A DNA stretch of 64,000 nt from Rebecca billardiae RCC1528 (Eukaryota; Protista; Haptophyta): assembly GCA_965240325.2 (NCBI GenBank), contig OZ251254.1, positions 372,001 through 436,000 of the forward strand, given 5' to 3'. Shown piece by piece: positions 57,848 to 64,000 of the stretch. A program made the translations under genes and the position numbers. How positions within the stretch are numbered: position 1 is the stretch's first letter; each line of letters begins with the position of its first letter. The notes beneath the pieces are model-generated. The model was not told the origin of the DNA. It made no database searches and saw only the letters and a program-made list of their open reading frames with translations.

Positions 57848-57967
57848 AGGCCGACCAGGCCTTGGCCGCCACGCCGGCGAGCCCTGGCCCGCCCCCCGGC
57901 TCCTCTGAGGCCGATCAGGCCTTGACCGCCACGCCGGCGAACACCGTCCCGGCCCCCGGCTCCTCTG
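57848..57967. repeat. Diverged 60-bp tandem duplication across the methyltransferase stop codon
   Basis: 57848-57907 aligns with 57908-57967. Confidence 0.9.
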
Positions 57968-58766
57968 GCTCCTCTCCCTGGGGGGTCTCCTCCTCGCTCG
58001 GGAAGCTGAACTCGACCGTCTCGGCGCGCAGCGGGCGGAGGCCGGCCTTGGCGTACAGCGCCGCGGCGTTCTCCGCGTTGAAGCCCGCCGACGTGTCCGC
58101 CGAGTCGCCCGGCCAGTCGAAGTGCACAAACAGCGCGCCGGGCTTGAGCACGGCCGCGAGTGCGGAGAGGGTCGCGGGGAGATCTGGCACGAACATGCAC
58201 ACGGACGAGGCGACGATCAGGTCGAACTTGGCCGGGTCCGACAGGGCGGGCGTGCTCGCGACGGTCGCGCTGTCAACGATCGCGTGCACCGGCGTGACGT
58301 TCGTCCAGCCGCGCTCGCGCACCTTCGCCTCGACGACCGCCACCATCTTGGGCGCGGCATCGAGCGCGACCACGTGCGCGCCCGCGCCGCGCAGCTTGTC
58401 GGTGAGCAGGCCCGAGCCACAGCCGAAGTCGAGAACGCGCGCGCCCGCGAGCGGTACCTCCAGCCGCACCTCGCCGAGCAGGCGTAGCAGCTGCGCGTAC
58501 GCCTGCTCCGAGTAGGCGATCACGCCGGCGTTCGTATCCCAGCCGTCAGCCTCTTTGTCCCAGGTGGCCGAGACCTCCGCCTGCGAGGGCGGCCCGCTGC
58601 CCGCACCGGCCTCTGCCATCGTGGCGGGGAGCGAGGGTCGGAACGAGCGCCGAGCCGCGGGGAGAGCGCGAGGAAGGCCCGCGAGAAGGAGCGCCGACGG
58701 CGTGCGCAAAGCCGCCGGGCACAGGGCGGCGGTCCCAGCGGCACACACGGCGGCGAGGACAAGCAT
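57915..58766 (-). CDS. Class I SAM-dependent methyltransferase with N-terminal targeting peptide
   Basis: WDKEADGWD, RVLDFGCGSGLLT, VVALDAAPKMV, FDLIVASSV, LKPGALFVHFDW. Confidence 0.93.
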   Translation of the reverse strand: MLVLAAVCAAGTAALCPAALRTPSALLLAGLPRALPAARRSFRPSLPATMAEAGAGSGPPSQAEVSATWDKEADGWDTNAGVIAYSEQAYAQLLRLLGEVRLEVPLAGARVLDFGCGSGLLTDKLRGAGAHVVALDAAPKMVAVVEAKVRERGWTNVTPVHAIVDSATVASTPALSDPAKFDLIVASSVCMFVPDLPATLSALAAVLKPGALFVHFDWPGDSADTSAGFNAENAAALYAKAGLRPLRAETVEFSFPSEEETPQGEEPEEPGAGTVFAGVAVKA

Positions 58767-58874
58767 CGACGTTCGGCCGCCACCAAACGCCGAAAACTGA
58801 AAACATAGCGTGTGTCAGAGTAGTAGCAGATTTAATTCGTTTTCGGAAATAAGACACGCGAGAATCTCCGGTGG

Positions 58875-60980
58875 TCAAACGTTCCGCCAGGCGAGGCACA
58901 GCCCGCCAGCGAGCGGCAGGACGAGCACCTCGTGCGCCCACGCGCGCAGCGCAGGCGGGACGACGGCGTCCACGGCCGCTGCAGGCACGTCACCGTACGC
59001 CTCGCTCACCGCAGGCCCCGCGAGGCCGGCGCCGTCGGCTCCCGCGGCAGCGGCGACCGCCGTCCCCGCCTCGCGAGCGGCAGCCATCCCTGTGGTCGCC
59101 GCCGAGGCGGCCGCTCGGTCGAGCTGCTCGCTCCGCAGCCACAGAGCGACGAGCGCGCCCGGGCCCAGGCCGCCACGTGCGCAGAGCCGCTCGAGGGCCG
59201 CCGCCTCCAGATCCTGCCATTCCAGCACCACCATGTCGTACGGACCGGCCGCGCGCCGCTCCGCATCGGCGGCGCCGGCCGCTGCCGCGCCGCCGCCCGT
59301 CGCTGCGCCGCCGCAGGGGATGGGGGCACCATCGGTCAGCAGGACTGCTGCGGCGGGGTGTCCGGTGCGCACCGCGTCCGCGAGCGCAGCGGAGGACACC
59401 GCCGCGAGCCCGGGCCTGCGCAGCGCGCTCAACACCGCCACAAGCTCGTGCGTCACGTCTGCGCGCGCGCCATCGACCGCAGTGTGCCATGCAGTGGCGC
59501 CGGCGGCGCCACCGTCGCCCGCGTCCGCTGCCGCCGGCACCGCCGCCACAGCAGCACCGGTCGCCGCCGCCGCTGCGCTGCCGCCGTGCGCAGCGCCTGC
59601 GCCGGAGGGCTGGCGCGCGCGCACGGAGCTGTGCGCGGCGGCGTACGCGCACAGGACGTCCTCCAGGTCGACCGAGTCCGGGTATTCCCCCGAGTCCGGG
59701 TCGGCCTCCAGGGCCGGCGCCGCGGGCGGTGCTGCTGTGGCGGCGGTGCCGGCGGCTGTGGCTGAATGCCCCGGCTGTGCGCGCGCCGGCGCGGCCGGCG
59801 CGCTGGCCCGCCGCCGGGCGAGGCTGAGCCCGTCTCGGAGGGGTAGCACCAGGGCCCCCAGGTGTGGGTGGTCGCGGAGCCACGCGTTGAACTCGTGCAT
59901 CGACTCGGCGATCGCCGCGCGCCGGCTGCCGTGCTCGAAGAGAGAGGCGAGCGAAAGCGGCGCCGGACCGGCCGGCGGCTGCGCCGGCGACGGCTGAGGT
60001 GAGTGCGCGGGCGCGGCGGCGCCGTCCGCCGGCGCGTCGGCAGGCACGAGCAGCAGCGGCGGCGGCGGGTGCGGCGCGTTGCGCATGTTGCTCAGCCCGG
60101 GCAGCGGACGGCCGCCCCTCGCCTCGCCGCCGTGCGCCGCCGCCGGCGGCGGCCGGTGCGCGCACTGCAGCACGCGCGCGCCAAACAGTACGTTGTCAAT
60201 CACGACCAGGCCGCCATGATTCTTTTCCGAAATCAAATCCAGCCGCAGCAATTGCTCGATGTACTCGGCGCATCGGCGCTTGTCCGCGTCGATGAAGACG
60301 AGGTCGAAGGGCGCGCGGCCCGGCTCGGCCGCCAGCGCCTCGATCGTGTCGGCGGCCATGCCCACCCGAAGCTCGATGCCCGCCGCGCCACCGCCCGTGC
60401 CGCCAGCCGCGCCACCGCCCGTGCCGCCAGCCGCGCCGTAGGCCATGCCGCCCGCCGGGGCCGGCCGCGCCTCCACGGCGCGCGCAAAGTAGCGCTCGGC
60501 GATGGCGGCGCAGCGCTCGTCGCGCTCGCACGTGACGAGCGTGCCGTGCGGCGGGAGCGCGCTGGCCAGCCACAGCGACGCGTACCCGACGAACGTGCCG
60601 ATCTCCAGCACGCGCACGCACCCGGCCGAGCGAGCAAGCAACGCAAGCAGCCGTCCTTGCACTGGGCCACTGACCATGTGTGCACCGCCAGGCATGCTCG
60701 CGCTGGCCTCGGCGCGCAGCTCGCGCATGAGAGCGGGCTCGGGCGTGCACAGCTCAGACGCGGCGCGCGCACGCGCGTCATACGCCGCGCCGCCGAGCAC
60801 GCGCAGCTCGGCGGCATCGCGCGCGCGCGCCGGTAGCCAAGGCCGTGGCGGCGCGTGCGCGGCCGAGCTGGCGCCGCCCGGCGACGTGGCGAGGCACCAG
60901 ACGCTCGCACGGCGAGTGCAGATGAGCCACGAGCACACGAGCAGCCCCCCACGCGCCGCGCCGCCCGCGCGGCGCTGCAT
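58875..60980 (-). CDS. O-methyltransferase (CCoAOMT/COMTD1-like, Methyltransf_3) with a degenerate second domain
   Basis: HMVSGPVQGRLL, RVLEIGTFVGYASLWLA, FDLVFIDADK, LVVIDNVLFGARV, VLPLRDGLSLARR. Confidence 0.9.
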   Translation of the reverse strand: MQRRAGGAARGGLLVCSWLICTRRASVWCLATSPGGASSAAHAPPRPWLPARARDAAELRVLGGAAYDARARAASELCTPEPALMRELRAEASASMPGGAHMVSGPVQGRLLALLARSAGCVRVLEIGTFVGYASLWLASALPPHGTLVTCERDERCAAIAERYFARAVEARPAPAGGMAYGAAGGTGGGAAGGTGGGAAGIELRVGMAADTIEALAAEPGRAPFDLVFIDADKRRCAEYIEQLLRLDLISEKNHGGLVVIDNVLFGARVLQCAHRPPPAAAHGGEARGGRPLPGLSNMRNAPHPPPPLLLVPADAPADGAAAPAHSPQPSPAQPPAGPAPLSLASLFEHGSRRAAIAESMHEFNAWLRDHPHLGALVLPLRDGLSLARRRASAPAAPARAQPGHSATAAGTAATAAPPAAPALEADPDSGEYPDSVDLEDVLCAYAAAHSSVRARQPSGAGAAHGGSAAAAATGAAVAAVPAAADAGDGGAAGATAWHTAVDGARADVTHELVAVLSALRRPGLAAVSSAALADAVRTGHPAAAVLLTDGAPIPCGGAATGGGAAAAGAADAERRAAGPYDMVVLEWQDLEAAALERLCARGGLGPGALVALWLRSEQLDRAAASAATTGMAAAREAGTAVAAAAGADGAGLAGPAVSEAYGDVPAAAVDAVVPPALRAWAHEVLVLPLAGGLCLAWRNV

Positions 60981-61291
60981 GCCGCCTCGCGCCGCGGCAC
61001 CCGGCCACCAAGGAGGCGCCGACGACGGCCGTCGCGTCGCCCGCTGCCGCACGCCTGCCGCTGGGCAGGCGCTGGCCCGCTGCCCTATTTTGATTTCCTG
61101 TGGCCACGCTGAATTTCAATGAATGGGGGCCGCGAAAATGCATGACCTCAGCCGTTACATTTGCCGACCCTGCCTGAGGCGTGAGTGCGTGACGAGCTCT
61201 CCCGCCAACGCGCGCCCGGACTCATTTGAAAGTGGGTCTCGCCCTCGCGAGGTGGAGGCCGTCTCGCCCCCGCCCTTGCGTGCTCGCGGCC

Positions 61292-63949
61292 ATGGCCGAC
61301 GCGGAGGACGGATCGAAGCAAATCGACGCGGAGCTTGAGTCAATCGGTGTGCCGCAGTTCGTCAACTTCCACGCGCCCGACCTGGGCGCCGACGTTTCCG
61401 ACTCGTGGTTTGGTGCGCGCGCGCCCCGCGCGCACGCGCACGGTGAGCGGACCGATGGTGTTGCGCACGCGCGCGCTGAGCGTGCCGGGCGTGCCGCGCG
61501 CTCTCTCGGTGGCTCGCCGCGCGCGTTCGCGCGCAGAGGTGGCCAAAGACTCGGCGCGCCACGACTCGATCGACGCGGGCGCGCCCGGCGCCGACGAGCA
61601 GTTCGCCGATGCCAAGGAAGAACATTCGCGCGAGCCAAGCACGGAGGCCGTCTCGCGCGCGAGCGAGCACGGCGCGCAGCCGCCGCCTGCGACGCCGGCG
61701 ACGGAGCAGCGTGATGTGGTCGGCACGAGCGTGGCGCCCGAGCCTCGCGCGTGGTCCCCCGACGAGGCCATCGAGGAGGGCGAGCTCCCGGCCGCGCGCG
61801 CGGCCGAGCCGACGCCTGCGGCCGGAGAGAGTGGCATTGCCGCTGCGGCGGATGGCGGCGTGACCGAGGCAGCGGCGCCGGACGTGACGCCGCCGACGGC
61901 GTCCGTCACCGTCTCCGCGGGGACGCCCCCGCCCAGCACCTCGCCGCACGATGGCGCCTCTTCCGCCAGCTCCTTCGACCCAATCACGCCAGAGCCGCTC
62001 ACCGCCAGCGCGGCCGCGGCCGCGCGTGCGGCCGCGGCCGGCGCCGTCCCGCTCTCGGCGGCCGGTGTGGTGGCGGAGGTGGTCGAGGCGACGGCGGCGG
62101 GTGCAGGTGGCGACGAGGCGTCGGGCGTCGACGAGCACGCCGAGCACCCGCCGTCGCACCCCGACGCATCGCAGCCCGCGTCGCCCGCGCGCCGCGCGCC
62201 GCAGCCGACGCAGCCGCAGCCTGCTGGGGCCACGCCCACGCGGCTTCCGCTGCCCAAGACCAAAGGGGGCATGGGCGGCCTGCTGTCGCGGCTGTGGCGT
62301 CCGACGGCGGCGACCGCGGCGAAGCAGCACGTGCCCAAGCACGCGGCTCCCAAGCACGAGCCCATGTCCATCTCGGAGGCGCTCACGTCGCCGACGCGCA
62401 TCCCGGCGCCACGCGCGGAGCGAGCGGCCGCGAGCGCGCGGCCGGTGAGCGCACGCCCCGCCGGGGCGGCGCCGCCGCACAAGGTGGAGGCGCGGCCGGC
62501 GACGGCGCGCGCGCACAAGGGGCACTTCGCCGCGCCCAAGCCGCCCAAGAACCCCGGCACCGGCCTCCCGCTCTCCACCGACGAGCGCCGGCTGCAGCAG
62601 GCGCAGTGCGAGATGGCGGAGGCGCGCGACAAGCAGCGCGCGCGCTCGGCGCGGCTGCACAAGATCCTCAGCGACGTGGGCACGCGCATGCCCGCGCGCT
62701 CGACGAAGGGGCTGACGATGCCACACGAGTTCTCGTTCAAGTCGGACGCGCGCACGCACGGCGCCGAGTCGCGCGCGTCTGGCGCGGCCGCCGAGCCCTT
62801 CGTGCCCCTCGCCCAGGCCGTCAGCTCGTTCGCTTGGCGCGCGCCCTCCACCCCAGAGCGCGAGGGCACAATCTCGGGCACAATCTCGGCCGAGTCCTCT
62901 GCCGTGTCCGCGACGGGCGCGCCGAGGCCGACGAAGCCGGCGCCGTTCCGGCTCGCGACGGAGGCGCGGCACCGGTGCGCGCCGCGCTCGCGCCGCGTCT
63001 CGCGCCGCGCGCGCGCACGCGCCGACAGGGCCGTCGGCTGGGTGGGGCCTCGGCGGGCGCGCGCCAGCCCAGCCTGCTCTCGCAGGGGCCTCACACGCGC
63101 TGTGCTGGGCCTTCGTCCCTCGTCCGCGACCACCGCCTGCGCCGCGCCGCCGCCGCCGCCGCCGCGCGCAGCCCGACGACGGTGCTCTCGACGGAGGAGC
63201 GGCAGCTGCAGGAGATCGAGGCGGCGAAGGCGGCGATGCACGCGCGCCCCGTCTCGGCCGCCGTGATGAACTCGCATGGCCACCTCGGCGTGCCTCGCGT
63301 TCAGAAGGCCAAGCCAACTGCCTTTGCGGAGTTCAGCCTGAGCACCGATCGGCGCGCGGCGGCGCGCACGGCCGCCTCGCACGCCGAGCACGCGCTGTCG
63401 TCGTCGTCCGAGTCGTCTGCGCACGGCGAGGGCGGTGGGCACTTCCGCGCGCGGCCCGTGCCCTCGACCACGTACACGCCCGAGCGCACCGTCGCCAAGC
63501 GGCCGGCGACCGCCGCGGCGGCGGTGCCGCACCGGCGCGCCGCCGATTCGCACGGCCCGGCGCTCGCGACCGCCGCGCGCGCAATCGTGCCGCGCGCGGG
63601 CGACGCCCGGGACGAGCCTGACACGCCGACGCGACGCGGCGGGTTCCGCGCGCGGCCGATGCCGCTGCACCCGACGCCGACGCCGGTGAAGCACGGCGCC
63701 GCGCCCGCCTCCAAGCCGCTCACTTCGCCCGCCGCGTTTGAGCTGCAGACTGAGGCACGCGGCGCGCTCGCGAGCCGAGCTTTTGAGGAGCGCCGCCGGC
63801 AGGAGACTGAGGCGGAGAAGCAGGCGCGCGCGTTCAAGGCGCGCGGCGTGCCACAGGCGGAGCCGTTCCAGCCGGTGCGCGCGCAGTCCAAGCTGTGCTC
63901 GCCGCACCCGTTCGACCTCAAGACCGACGCCCGCCACCAGCTCTCGCAG
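61292..63949 (+). CDS. TPX2: TPX2-like microtubule-associated protein (3' partial); exons 61292-61412, 61537-62974, 63172-63949, continues beyond the window
   Basis: N-terminal VPQFVNF...DSWF (Aurora-binding-like); repeats LTMPHEFSFKSDAR, PTKPAPFRLATEAR, FRARPVP, FRARPMP, LTSPAAFELQTEAR, FKARGVP. Confidence 0.82.
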
Positions 63950-64000
63950 GTGCGATGCGCGCCGCGATGCGCAGTGCGCGCCGCGCCCGGCCCTTAGGCC

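Overview
Very GC-rich, intron-containing eukaryotic nuclear DNA. GT-AG introns with a GTGCGC...GCGCAG consensus, interstitial TTAGGG/CCCTAA repeats and the gene content suggest a haptophyte-like alga (inference). About 20 protein genes are supported: GT8 and GT-B glycosyltransferases, an ankyrin protein, YtoQ, an RRM-RsmH fusion, a 14-exon eIF4G, a VTT/DedA protein, a HAD hydrolase, a homeobox protein, a YccV-domain protein, GDP-mannose 3,5-epimerase, a histidine phosphatase, two small His/Lys-rich paralogs, a multi-TM protein, two methyltransferases and a TPX2-like gene that runs off the end. Most other ORFs in the track are GC-driven shadow frames. The most striking non-genic signal is a pair of diverged ~1.05-kb foldback elements (23626-24679, 30481-31536). 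Both have ~430-bp near-perfect TIRs, GAG...CTC ends, 5-bp TGNCG target duplications and element-specific subterminal motifs at the same offsets. Their mutual divergence follows a strong 3-nt periodicity even though no shared intact ORF exists. Other observations are telomeric repeats at intron branch-point positions, in-frame duplications of gene 3' ends, retroelement relics sharing a GTCGTTAA end, and frequent micro-duplications in intergenic DNA.
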